IMG/VR virus record: IMGVR_UViG_3300038463_000177
Direction: 5' to 3' (one strand)
DNA from: a virus
Length of the DNA stretch: 64,000 bases
The position numbers and the translations under genes are program-made. Shown in pieces: positions 24,168 through 32,350 of this stretch; the first letter of the stretch is position 1, and each line of letters begins with the position of its first letter. Under the pieces are notes generated by a model, which had not been told where the DNA came from, ran no database searches, and was given only the letters and a program-made list of their open reading frames with translations.

Positions 24168-24692
24168 ATGAAGATCATCGAGGCAATGAAGCGCGTCAAG
24201 GCCAACAAGGAGAAGATTGCCGACCTGCAGAAGCAAATCGGGCAGTTCTGCACCAATTACGACTTTGAGGCGCCGACCTACGGCATGGAGACCCCGAACA
24301 AGATCGCGGAGTGGCTGCAGGGCTGCGACGACATCTCGCGACAGAATGCCAAATTGCTGGTGGCTATCCAGCGCACCAACCTGGTGACGTCGGTGACCAT
24401 CACGCTGGGCGACAACAACATCACCAAGTCGATCGCCGAGTGGATATGGCGCCGGCGCGAGTACGCCGCGCTGGACCTGAAGACGTGGCAGGCGCTGACC
24501 GATCGCGGGTTGAAGGATGGCATGCACACCAATTCCCAAGGCACGCCGACCATGGTCAAGGTCGTCCGCCATTTCGACCCCGTCAAGCGTGACCGCATGA
24601 CGGCGATGTATAAGTCCGAGCCGCACGAGATTGATGCCGCGTTGGAAGTTATTAACGCGGTCACCGACCTGGTCGAGGAAAACGCCCACTAG
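24168..24692 (+). CDS. DIP1984-family (septicolysin-like) protein, function unknown
   Basis: MKIIEAMKRVKANKEKIADLQKQI.., IQRTNLVT, SIAEWIWRRREYAALDLK, EIDAALEVINAVTDL track the DIP1984 family pattern as I remember it. Confidence 0.6.
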   Translation: MKIIEAMKRVKANKEKIADLQKQIGQFCTNYDFEAPTYGMETPNKIAEWLQGCDDISRQNAKLLVAIQRTNLVTSVTITLGDNNITKSIAEWIWRRREYAALDLKTWQALTDRGLKDGMHTNSQGTPTMVKVVRHFDPVKRDRMTAMYKSEPHEIDAALEVINAVTDLVEENAH

Positions 24693-24735
24693 CAACACCC
24701 ACCCCCCGCTTTCCTCCCCCTGCGGGGCAGACTTG

Positions 24736-24780
24736 GCGGGGCGCCGAGAACGAGAGTTTTACGACGCCCCGCTCTTTATC
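24736..24780 (+). terminator. rho-independent terminator-like hairpin
   Basis: GCGGGGCG (24736-43) pairs with CGCCCCGC (24765-72), then TCTTTATC; a smaller CCCCGC/GCGGGG hairpin lies at 24704-24727. Confidence 0.5.
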
Positions 24781-24790
24781 AGGATACCGA

Positions 24791-25000
24791 ATGCCCAAGC
24801 GCCAACCCAAACGCCGGGAAGTGATGCGGTCCTTCCGGATCCCCATCGCCCTCGACCGCCAGCTGGGCGTCGCCGCCCGCAAGCGGGGCTTCGGCAAGAG
24901 CTTGATGCTTCGGGAGATCGTCACCAGTTGGCTGACTTATGAGCGCGGGCAGCCGCCGCTGACGCAGGCCGAGATCAAGGAGATCGTCGATGGCGAGTGA
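24791..25000 (+). CDS. ribbon-helix-helix (CopG/Arc-like) DNA-binding protein
   Basis: MRSFRIPIALDRQLGVAARKRGFGKSLMLREIV shows a beta-strand then helix-helix pattern. Confidence 0.7.
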   Translation: MPKRQPKRREVMRSFRIPIALDRQLGVAARKRGFGKSLMLREIVTSWLTYERGQPPLTQAEIKEIVDGE

Positions 25001-25304
25001 CCTTGGCATTTGCACGACAACGGACTGGTGGGTCAGCACCAAGAGTCCCTCCAGTATCCTACGGATGTTTCCGGTGCCTTTGGAGGCTGAGGTCAAGATC
25101 CGGGAGTTGGCCGGCATCGACGCCGCCCTGATTGCCGCCGAGCTCGGCATCGCCACCGCCAAAGTAATTCGTTACCAGCGCCAGCTTGGCCTGCGCCCGC
25201 TGGCCGCCAACAGCAAGTGCCATCGTTACCCCGTCAACATGCGCGGGCATAACCGCAAGCGGAAGTCGGGCGTCTGCATATCGAGGATCGAGGGGACACT
25301 GTGA
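24990..25304 (+). CDS. small HTH protein
   Basis: IRELAGIDAALIAAELGIATAKVIRYQRQLG; basic C-terminus. Confidence 0.55.
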   Translation: MASDLGICTTTDWWVSTKSPSSILRMFPVPLEAEVKIRELAGIDAALIAAELGIATAKVIRYQRQLGLRPLAANSKCHRYPVNMRGHNRKRKSGVCISRIEGTL

Positions 25305-26296
25305 AAATAGCTTTGGCGACCACAACCATCCACATCCCGCACGCCCTCAAACTGATGCGGGAGATCGGCCCGGACGTCCGGTTTTTTGTGGCGGTCGATA
25401 AGAAAACGCCGGATGACATTGCGAGCATCGTCGATGCCAATACGAAATTGCTGAGCGAGGTTATCCAAAACGATTGGAAGTGCTCCGAAGCCATCGGCTG
25501 GAACACGCTGGCCCGCCGCAACATCGTCTTCCTGGAAGCTCTCAAATGGGGCGCCGACGTGATCTATAGCTGGGACAACGATAACATCCCGACCAGCCCT
25601 TACCACTTCGCCCCGTTCGACGGCCCGTGGGAATTCAGCGGCATCAAGGTCACCGGCACCGACGGCTGGTTCGACCCGGGCCAGCTCCTGATCCCGCCGA
25701 CCCGTCACCGCGGATTCCCCTATGACAAGCCCGTCAGCAAGACTGCCTATCCCGTCACCGGCGCCAAGGTCGGTGTGGCTGCAGGACTCGTTATTGGTGA
25801 TCCCGACTGCGACGCTGTCACCCGCATGGAGCACCGCCCCGACATCGGTAGCGTTCACATCCTCGGTTCAACCGGCGTTGTTGTCGATCCCCACACCTGG
25901 ACCGTCTTCAATAGCCAGAACACCGCAGTCATCCGGGAACTGATCCCGTCGTGGTTCATGATGCCGGGCGTCGGCCGCCACGACGACATATACGCGTCGC
26001 TTATAGTTCAGCGTGTGGCGCGCGAGCGGGGGTACCATACTCATTTTGGTCCCCCGTTCACCTATCAGCAGCGCAACGAGCACAACCTCGTCACCGACCT
26101 CCGCAAGGAGATCGACGGGATGGAGAACGTGCAGAAGATCGCGCGGGTGCTGGACATGATCGAGCTGGACGGCGAGTCGGTGATCGGCGACACGCAGATC
26201 ATATACGCCACCCTGCACGGCGACAGCCTGATCCCCGACAAGGCGCATGCCGCGGCGCAGACTTGGTTGCTCGATTGCGAGGAGGCGATGAAGTGA
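25301..26296 (+). CDS. RGP/GT75-like glycosyltransferase or nucleotide-sugar mutase
   Basis: SWDNDN, HRGFPY, GLVIGDPDCDAVTR, FNSQNTAVIRELIP, GRHDDIYASLIVQ parallel the plant RGP blocks DDDC, RGYPF, GLWLNIPDYDAPTQ, MNLAFDRELIGP, GRYDDMWAG. Confidence 0.7.
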   Translation: MKIALATTTIHIPHALKLMREIGPDVRFFVAVDKKTPDDIASIVDANTKLLSEVIQNDWKCSEAIGWNTLARRNIVFLEALKWGADVIYSWDNDNIPTSPYHFAPFDGPWEFSGIKVTGTDGWFDPGQLLIPPTRHRGFPYDKPVSKTAYPVTGAKVGVAAGLVIGDPDCDAVTRMEHRPDIGSVHILGSTGVVVDPHTWTVFNSQNTAVIRELIPSWFMMPGVGRHDDIYASLIVQRVARERGYHTHFGPPFTYQQRNEHNLVTDLRKEIDGMENVQKIARVLDMIELDGESVIGDTQIIYATLHGDSLIPDKAHAAAQTWLLDCEEAMK

Positions 26297-27525
26297 AACT
26301 AGCAGTCGGTTTTTCAACCAAGGACCAGGTCGATCTCACCAGGCAGACCTTCGCCCGCCTCAAATTCCCCGCGCACGGCGACCTCTATTGGTGCGACGGC
26401 AGCCGGACCGACGAGGGCCGGGAGTTGCCGGGCCAACTCGGCCATCGCGCCGACCGGGTATTCGGCGGCGCCGACGCCGGCATCGCCTGGAAGCTGTCCT
26501 ACATCCTGAACCATGGACCGCCGCAGCACCCGCCCTACACCCACATCATGCTGCTCGAGAATGACGTCCTCCTGGACGAGGACTGGTACGAGCCGACGAT
26601 CAACCTGTTCAGGGAGGGCCTGCGAGATGGACTCGAAGTCGGGGCGGTCAGCCCGCGGTCTTACGTTGATCGTGTTCTTGTGCAGCGTGATGGCTACGCC
26701 GTTATGCACAATATCGGTGCTGGCGCTGTGGTATTCACGCGACAAGCCGCCCAGATCGTGCTCCGAACTTTCCGGACCCACTGGTGGCCCGACAACGTCA
26801 AGCTATTCGCCCAGCTGGCGGGCATCGATCTTCGCACCTATGCCGCTTTCCGGGGCAATGAGCAGTGGGTCACTACGGATTGGGGGTGGGAAGCCCAGCT
26901 GGCTCGTCACGGACTCGCCTCTCTTGCTCTCACCCCCGCCAAGTGTCAGATGATCGGACAGAACCCGCCGCTGAAAGAGCAGGGACTGGAGCTGACGCAA
27001 GGGCCGGTCGAGGTGCGGCGAGACGAACGGGCGTTCATCCAGTACCGTAACACGTTGGCGTATCTGCGTCGCGGGGACTGGAAATTCGAACTCCCCGGCA
27101 CGTTCGCCCGCGACGGCGCCGCCATGCTTTTCTTTCCTCACCAACTGGGAGCGCTGTATACAAAATGGCAAGGCACTTTGGAATTACAGTGGAGCCAGGG
27201 CTACGGCCCGTTCGCCTACCGCGCTGGTCCGGGCGGCGCGTCTCTTTCTGTGCACATTTCTGGTTCTGCCTCGTTCCAGTGCAGTGGCGGCATCGCCGGC
27301 GCGACGGTGACGATCGAGGACCACCGCTCTGGATTTAGGGCGAGCCCGCACTTGCCTCCCGCCACCGAGGTGATATCCATCGCCGTCCCCGGCGGCCCGA
27401 TCCCGCGGCAGGTGACCATGCAGCTGGCCGAGGGGGCGGTGTTCTACGGGCTGCTGTGCAACGACCCGCAGATGATCGACACCACCTGGAAGTTTGATTG
27501 GTCGCAGTTGCCGGAGGCGAAATGA
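26293..27525 (+). CDS. GT-A fold (GT2-like) glycosyltransferase with unknown beta-rich C-terminal domain
   Basis: GTG 26293 overlaps upstream stop; KLAVGFSTKD, WCDGSRTDEG, IMLLENDVLLDEDW resemble the GT2 N-terminal blocks. Confidence 0.6.
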   Translation: MKLAVGFSTKDQVDLTRQTFARLKFPAHGDLYWCDGSRTDEGRELPGQLGHRADRVFGGADAGIAWKLSYILNHGPPQHPPYTHIMLLENDVLLDEDWYEPTINLFREGLRDGLEVGAVSPRSYVDRVLVQRDGYAVMHNIGAGAVVFTRQAAQIVLRTFRTHWWPDNVKLFAQLAGIDLRTYAAFRGNEQWVTTDWGWEAQLARHGLASLALTPAKCQMIGQNPPLKEQGLELTQGPVEVRRDERAFIQYRNTLAYLRRGDWKFELPGTFARDGAAMLFFPHQLGALYTKWQGTLELQWSQGYGPFAYRAGPGGASLSVHISGSASFQCSGGIAGATVTIEDHRSGFRASPHLPPATEVISIAVPGGPIPRQVTMQLAEGAVFYGLLCNDPQMIDTTWKFDWSQLPEAK

Positions 27526-27992
27526 AAATCTGGTTTGATACTGAGTTCATCGAGGACGGCAAGACGATTGACCTCATCAGCATCGGCATGGTGCGCGAGG
27601 ACGGCGCGGCGCTGTACTTGGAAAATTTGTCTGCCGACCTGAAGCGGGCAAGCCCGTGGGTGTACGCGAACGTCATTTCGAAATTGAACATGCCGGTACA
27701 CGGAGTCGCCCGCGAGGAGATCGGTCCGAAGGTCCTGGCGTTCGCCGGCGAAAAGCCAGAGTTCTGGGCGTACTATGCCGATTACGACTGGGTCGTGCTG
27801 TGCCAGCTGTTCGGGACGATGATGGACCTGCCGAAGGGCTGGCCGATGTGTTGTCGGGATGTCAAGCAGCTATGCGACAGCGTCGGCAACCCGAAGCTCG
27901 TCCAGCAGGATGAAGGCAGTGAGCACAACGCCCTCGCCGATGCGATCTGGACCAAGAAAGCGTGGGAATTTTTGATGGAGCAGATCGGGTGA
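27522..27992 (+). CDS. DEDDh 3'-5' exonuclease (Rv2179c/DnaQ-like)
   Basis: IWFDTEFIEDG, YYADYDWVVL, EHNALADA give the DEDDh motifs. Confidence 0.8.
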   Translation: MKIWFDTEFIEDGKTIDLISIGMVREDGAALYLENLSADLKRASPWVYANVISKLNMPVHGVAREEIGPKVLAFAGEKPEFWAYYADYDWVVLCQLFGTMMDLPKGWPMCCRDVKQLCDSVGNPKLVQQDEGSEHNALADAIWTKKAWEFLMEQIG

Positions 27993-28984
27993 AGAAAGTT
28001 CTGGTTCTAGGCGCCGCCGGCTTCATCGGCAGCCACCTCGCCCGCCGCCTCAAGGCCGAAGGCAATTACGTCGTTGCAGTCGCCCGCGGTTTTCCGAAAT
28101 ACTGCAAGACGCCGGAGATCGCCAATGAGTGGAACATCCTGGATCTTACCAACCCTGTCGATTTTCACGCTCACTGGTGGCGTCATGATTTTGACGAATG
28201 CTACCAGCTATCTTCCGAGAGCGGCGGACTGGGCTTTATCGGTACTGGCGATCATGATGTCGATATCCTGACCAACTCGGTCAAGATCAACCTGAACACC
28301 CTAGACGCCATGCGCAAGTCCAACTCGCACGCCCGCATCCTGTTTGCCTCCTCGCAGTGCGTCTACCCCGACATTGGCATCGACCCATTCGCCCAGGAGC
28401 GCATCGCCGAGGTGCATCCGTTCCGCGAGTCGGAGGCTTCCTTCAACACCTTCCCGTTCGCCCAGGAGAAGCTGTTCAGCGAGCAGCTGTACGCCGCCTA
28501 CGCGCGCAATCTCGACTTTGACGTCCGGATCGCCCGGCTCGGCAATACCTACGGCCCCGGCTGCATCTGGGATGGCCCGCGCGCCAAGGCGCCGGCGGCC
28601 ATTTGCCGGAAGGTGGCGCAGGGCGCTCCGGCCGGCATTGTCGAACTCTGGGGCGACGGGTGGTCGGTGCGGAACTATACCTACATCGACGACGCCGTCG
28701 AGGGACTGATTCGGTTGATGGCGTCCAGCTACAACAAGCCGGTCAACATTTCCTCGCCGGAAGAAACCTCGGTGGCCGAGTTGTTTGCCGCGGTGTGCAA
28801 GGCGGCGGGCAAGGACATGCTGTGGCGGCAGGCGGCCGGGCCGACGGGGGTTTCCTACCGGAGCAGTGACAACTCCATCAGTCGGCACGTCCTGAATTGG
28901 GAGCCGCCGACGTCGCTCTGGAACGGCCTGCGGGAGACCTATCCGTGGGTCGAGCAGCAGGTGTTGACAAGGACAAAAGCCTGA
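27989..28984 (+). CDS. NAD-dependent sugar epimerase, GDP-mannose 3,5-epimerase-like SDR
   Basis: VLGAAGFIGSHL, FASSQCVYP, RAKAPAAICRK, LWGDGWSVRNYTYIDDAVEG, KPVNISS track GME blocks; YxxxK reads FAQEK. Confidence 0.82.
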   Translation: MKKVLVLGAAGFIGSHLARRLKAEGNYVVAVARGFPKYCKTPEIANEWNILDLTNPVDFHAHWWRHDFDECYQLSSESGGLGFIGTGDHDVDILTNSVKINLNTLDAMRKSNSHARILFASSQCVYPDIGIDPFAQERIAEVHPFRESEASFNTFPFAQEKLFSEQLYAAYARNLDFDVRIARLGNTYGPGCIWDGPRAKAPAAICRKVAQGAPAGIVELWGDGWSVRNYTYIDDAVEGLIRLMASSYNKPVNISSPEETSVAELFAAVCKAAGKDMLWRQAAGPTGVSYRSSDNSISRHVLNWEPPTSLWNGLRETYPWVEQQVLTRTKA

Positions 28985-29003
28985 TGTACTAATTTGTAGT
29001 ACA
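28985..29003. promoter_or_regulatory. 7-bp inverted repeat directly after the epimerase stop
   Basis: TGTACTA-atttg-TAGTACA; shares GTAGTACAA with 23845 and 48454. Confidence 0.45.
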
Positions 29004-29022
29004 AACAAGGGAGGCCCTGTTT

Positions 29023-29223
29023 ATGGCCATGATTGAGTTTTACATTGGACACGAGGCGCCTTGTATTTCGGTCGTAGTTGACTCTGCCGTCCCCCGTGCC
29101 GGGGAGTTTGTCAACATTCGGAAAGTGACTTACTTGATAAAGCGTGTCACGTGGGCAGTAGACTGGCCGGATTCGATGGGCGCCAAACTTCGTGCAACCG
29201 TCGAGATGGAAATAGCGCCATGA
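29023..29223 (+). CDS. hypothetical small protein
   Basis: 66 aa after GGGAGG; ATGA overlap with recombinase start. Confidence 0.5.
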   Translation: MAMIEFYIGHEAPCISVVVDSAVPRAGEFVNIRKVTYLIKRVTWAVDWPDSMGAKLRATVEMEIAP

Positions 29224-29912
29224 TTCTTGGGTACATTCGCTGCTCCACTGCTGACCAGGCCAACGAGAACCGCTCGTCTTTGCAGGTCCAGACTGACATC
29301 ATCGAGGGCTTCGCCCGCACCCGCGGCATCGACAAGTACGGGGTGCAGATTTTCACGGATGCCGGTGTATCCGGCGCGGTCAAGCTGGCCTTCCGCCCGG
29401 CCGGCGCCGAACTCCTTGCCGCCATGGCCCCGGGCGACACGGTGATCGCGTCCAAGCTTGACCGCATGTTTCGCTCGGCCGGCGACGCCATCGCCATGTT
29501 CGAGGTGTTCAAGGAGAAGGGCGTCAACCTCGTGCTGTTCGACATCAGCCACGAGCCGGTGTCCTCGGGGGTCGGCAAGCTGATCATGACCATCCTGGCG
29601 GCGGTCGCCGACATGGAGCGCATACGGATCAAGGAGCGCACCGCCGAGGGCCGCAAGGCCAAGAAGGCCAAGGGCGGCCCGGTCGGCAAGGTCCCCTTCG
29701 GGTACCGGAAGGTCGGTGTCGGGCACGACTCGACGCTCGAGGTTGACGAGCGGGAGATGGAGGCGCTGGCGTTGATGCGGGAGGCGTATCAGGCCGGTGT
29801 TGGCGTCAGCGCCATCCCGGCGGCGCTGGCTGCGCGAGGGTACCTGTCGCGGGCCGGCAAGCCGTTCGACCGGAGCTCGGTACGCAACGCGGTCAAGGAG
29901 GCGAGGCAGTGA
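29220..29912 (+). CDS. serine recombinase (resolvase/invertase catalytic domain plus partial recombinase domain)
   Basis: MILGYIRCSTADQ catalytic Ser motif, ASKLDRMFRS, then GKVPFGYRK..LEVDEREMEAL as in large serine recombinases, but only 230 aa. Confidence 0.88.
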   Translation: MILGYIRCSTADQANENRSSLQVQTDIIEGFARTRGIDKYGVQIFTDAGVSGAVKLAFRPAGAELLAAMAPGDTVIASKLDRMFRSAGDAIAMFEVFKEKGVNLVLFDISHEPVSSGVGKLIMTILAAVADMERIRIKERTAEGRKAKKAKGGPVGKVPFGYRKVGVGHDSTLEVDEREMEALALMREAYQAGVGVSAIPAALAARGYLSRAGKPFDRSSVRNAVKEARQ

Positions 29913-30124
29913 CGCTACTGGAATTCGAGACCAAGTGCCGAGACCTGTGCCCGCACTGCGCCGCCGGCGAGCATGTCCGCCAGCGCACCGACACTTCCGA
30001 ATGGGTTCACGATTGGTCCTTCGGCGGCATGGACCCCAAGATCGGCAGGCGCACCGGCATCGGGCACGGCATCTGTCTGGCGCATGATTTGAGGCTGAAG
30101 CAGAAGGATCTGGTGGATGGGTGA
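29909..30124 (+). CDS. small Cys/His-rich protein
   Basis: CRDLCPHCAAGEH..HGICLAH; 71 aa, coupled on both sides. Confidence 0.5.
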   Translation: MTLLEFETKCRDLCPHCAAGEHVRQRTDTSEWVHDWSFGGMDPKIGRRTGIGHGICLAHDLRLKQKDLVDG

Positions 30125-31508
30125 CCGCGAGGGCGCGATGCGACTCCTGATCAAAGGCCAGGAGACGGCGCACGACAAGTCGACCAGCAACGACCACGCT
30201 TACCAGCTCATGGCATCCGCCTGTTTCGCCGACCCCACCTATGGCGCGGCCTTTTACGCCAACGGCGGAGCGGCCGGTGACCTGCTTCGCCCGCACGCTT
30301 CCGTCGCGCTGTACCGCCGCGCGCTTGAATGCGAGCTCGACGATGACGGCAAAGTGCGCGCGCTGACCAACCTGGCGTGGGAGCTGATGCAGATCGGCGG
30401 GCACAAGGAAGCCGTCGTTCACCTGCACGAGGCTTTGCGCATCGACCCCAAGCGCCCGCTTCCTTACATGCATCTGTCGCTTTGCCACCAGGTCTGGGGC
30501 GAGACCAGCATCGCCGTCGGCTACTCCAGGAAGTGCCTCGACCTGACCGACCCCAACGATGGCGTCGGCTACCCGACCGCCGAGTTCGCCTACGCCTTCG
30601 CATTGCTGTTCGACCGCCAGTACGCCGCGGGCCTGAAGCACTTCGAGTCGCGCTTTCCCGCGCGCCTGCCGCAATTCCTGTTGTATCCGTATTCCAAGTG
30701 GAGGGGTGAAAGTGGCAAGACGCTGTTCCTGGTGGCCGATCAAGGTCTCGGTGACACGCTTTCATACGCTCGATTTGTCGAAGCCGCGTCCAAGCGGTGT
30801 CGATATATCCATATGTGCGTGCAGGCGGAGCTTCGACGTGTGTTTGAACACGCGTTTCGCCACCTGGACAATATCAATTTCATACCCTCGCCGTCGAGTT
30901 TCCCCGGCGACGCTGATGTGTGGAGCACCTTCGTTAGTCTGCCCTACGCTCTTGGTCTATCAGATGCGGAAATTATCGGAGCTCCAAACATCGACATGCC
31001 CCGCCCGCCGATGTCGACCGCGTGGAAGGTGCCCGACCGCAAGTTCCACATCGGCATCGCTTGGGCCGGTAGCCCGCTGAACGACATCGACAAGCATCGC
31101 AACATCCCGATCCATCACTTTATGGAGTTGTATCGTGTTCCCGGGGTTCAACTATATGCTTTGCAGTGCGATCAACGAAAAGATCAGCTTAATTTATGGG
31201 GATTTGCGCCTCTCATCAGGGACTTGTCCGGATATATACGCGATGTTGCCGATACCGTTTCGATCCTCTCTGGCTTGGATCTTGTGGTGTCATGCGAATC
31301 CGCGCTCGGTCATATATGCTCTATGTCCGGACATGAATGCTGGATTCCTTACAGTTGGTTGGGGCGAGATTATCGAGCGGGAGTATCTGGCAACGCGAAA
31401 TTGTGGACGCCAAAAACTACTTTCTTCCAGCAGTCCGACGACATGCGCTGGGAGCCCGTGTTCGAGCGGATCGTTGAAGCCTTGAAGGAGAAGGTACATG
31501 GCGGTTGA
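30117..31508 (+). CDS. TPR-repeat protein fused to a GT-B (GT9/GT41-like) glycosyltransferase
   Basis: N-terminal TPR-like helices (ALYRRALECE.., HLHEALRIDP..); KTLFLVADQGLGDTLSYARFV resembles the GT9 signature; the C-terminal half has lower GC. Confidence 0.65.
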   Translation: MGDREGAMRLLIKGQETAHDKSTSNDHAYQLMASACFADPTYGAAFYANGGAAGDLLRPHASVALYRRALECELDDDGKVRALTNLAWELMQIGGHKEAVVHLHEALRIDPKRPLPYMHLSLCHQVWGETSIAVGYSRKCLDLTDPNDGVGYPTAEFAYAFALLFDRQYAAGLKHFESRFPARLPQFLLYPYSKWRGESGKTLFLVADQGLGDTLSYARFVEAASKRCRYIHMCVQAELRRVFEHAFRHLDNINFIPSPSSFPGDADVWSTFVSLPYALGLSDAEIIGAPNIDMPRPPMSTAWKVPDRKFHIGIAWAGSPLNDIDKHRNIPIHHFMELYRVPGVQLYALQCDQRKDQLNLWGFAPLIRDLSGYIRDVADTVSILSGLDLVVSCESALGHICSMSGHECWIPYSWLGRDYRAGVSGNAKLWTPKTTFFQQSDDMRWEPVFERIVEALKEKVHGG

Positions 31509-31698
31509 TTCAGTTGTCGAAGCGGTGCGCGCTGATCTCCTGCGCCGTTCCCAGTTCGGCATTGCCAAGTATGGCGTGACGCTCGATCGCACGGATCTTA
31601 ATTTGCGCGATTGGCTTCAGCATGCCTACGAGGAATGCCTGGATCAGGCCAACTATCTGAAGCGCAGCATCATGGAGATCGACAGTGGAACGAGTTGA
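31498..31698 (+). CDS. small all-alpha protein, possibly MazG-like NTP pyrophosphohydrolase
   Basis: RRSQFGIAKYG..WLQHAYEECLDQANYL resembles the MazG-type EExxD helix pair; weak. Confidence 0.4.
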   Translation: MAVDSVVEAVRADLLRRSQFGIAKYGVTLDRTDLNLRDWLQHAYEECLDQANYLKRSIMEIDSGTS

Positions 31699-32350
31699 CG
31701 TTCTTGATCACGGTTTTGTTCGCTTGGTCGATAGCATGGGATCGGATTTGTCAGTCGTTCGTGCCGCGCGCGTATCTTACGACGCTGCGTGGCGCGCAGG
31801 GGAAGATCAGGGATCGGATGCGAAGCTGCTTCGATATTTGTGGAAGAATCATCACACGACGCCATTCGAGGCAGTGGCGTTCACGTTCGAGATAAAGGCG
31901 CCGATATTCGTGTTCCGGCAGTGGCACCGGCATCGAACTTGGTCCTACAACGAACTCAGCGCTCGTTACCGCGAGCTTCCGGAAGAGTTCTACGTGCCGC
32001 GTCCGGAGGATATCGGGGCGCAGAGCGCAAGCAGTAAACAGGCGCGGGTTTGGACCGGCGCTACTGACGAAGTGTCGTCGGGGCTAATCCGAAAGTCGTG
32101 CGAGGACGCTTTTGAGATATATCGTGGATTGCTGGAGCGAGGCGTGCCACGCGAACTAGCGCGTTCGGTGCTGCCAGTGGCGGCTTACAGCCACATGTTC
32201 GCGACGGTCGATCTTTTGAATTTGCTCAAGTTCCTGACGCTTCGATGCGACGGGCACGCGCAATACGAGATTCGTGTTTACGCCGATGCAATGCGCGAAT
32301 TGATCCGCCCGATCGTACCGGTTTGCGTTGCTGCGTGGGAGAATCGGTGA
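31685..32350 (+). CDS. thyX: FAD-dependent thymidylate synthase ThyX
   Basis: ThyX signature FRQWHRHRTWSYNELSARY (RHRxxS), HTTPFE, LRCDGHAQYEIR. Confidence 0.9.
   Translation: MERVDVLDHGFVRLVDSMGSDLSVVRAARVSYDAAWRAGEDQGSDAKLLRYLWKNHHTTPFEAVAFTFEIKAPIFVFRQWHRHRTWSYNELSARYRELPEEFYVPRPEDIGAQSASSKQARVWTGATDEVSSGLIRKSCEDAFEIYRGLLERGVPRELARSVLPVAAYSHMFATVDLLNLLKFLTLRCDGHAQYEIRVYADAMRELIRPIVPVCVAAWENR

Noticed and set aside
24009-24698. 229-aa ORF on the - strand
   Set aside because: It is antisense to the DIP1984-like gene, whose + frame shows a family-like pattern and has a good RBS.
29220-29912. Hin/Gin-type invertase switching tail fibre genes
   Set aside because: The recombinase is more than 3 kb from the nearest fibre gene. 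I saw no inverted repeats flanking alternative fibre C-termini. The fibre clusters show no duplicated, oppositely oriented 3' cassettes.
29130-30743. 537-aa ORF on the - strand
   Set aside because: It is antisense to the serine recombinase and TPR-GT genes, both of which have recognisable motifs in the + frames.
31498-32350. Z-genome or hypermodified-base pathway (MazG-like + ThyX)
   Set aside because: I recognised no PurZ, DatZ, dNMP hydroxymethylase, kinase or amino-acid transferase genes. ThyX has the canonical RHRxxS motif.
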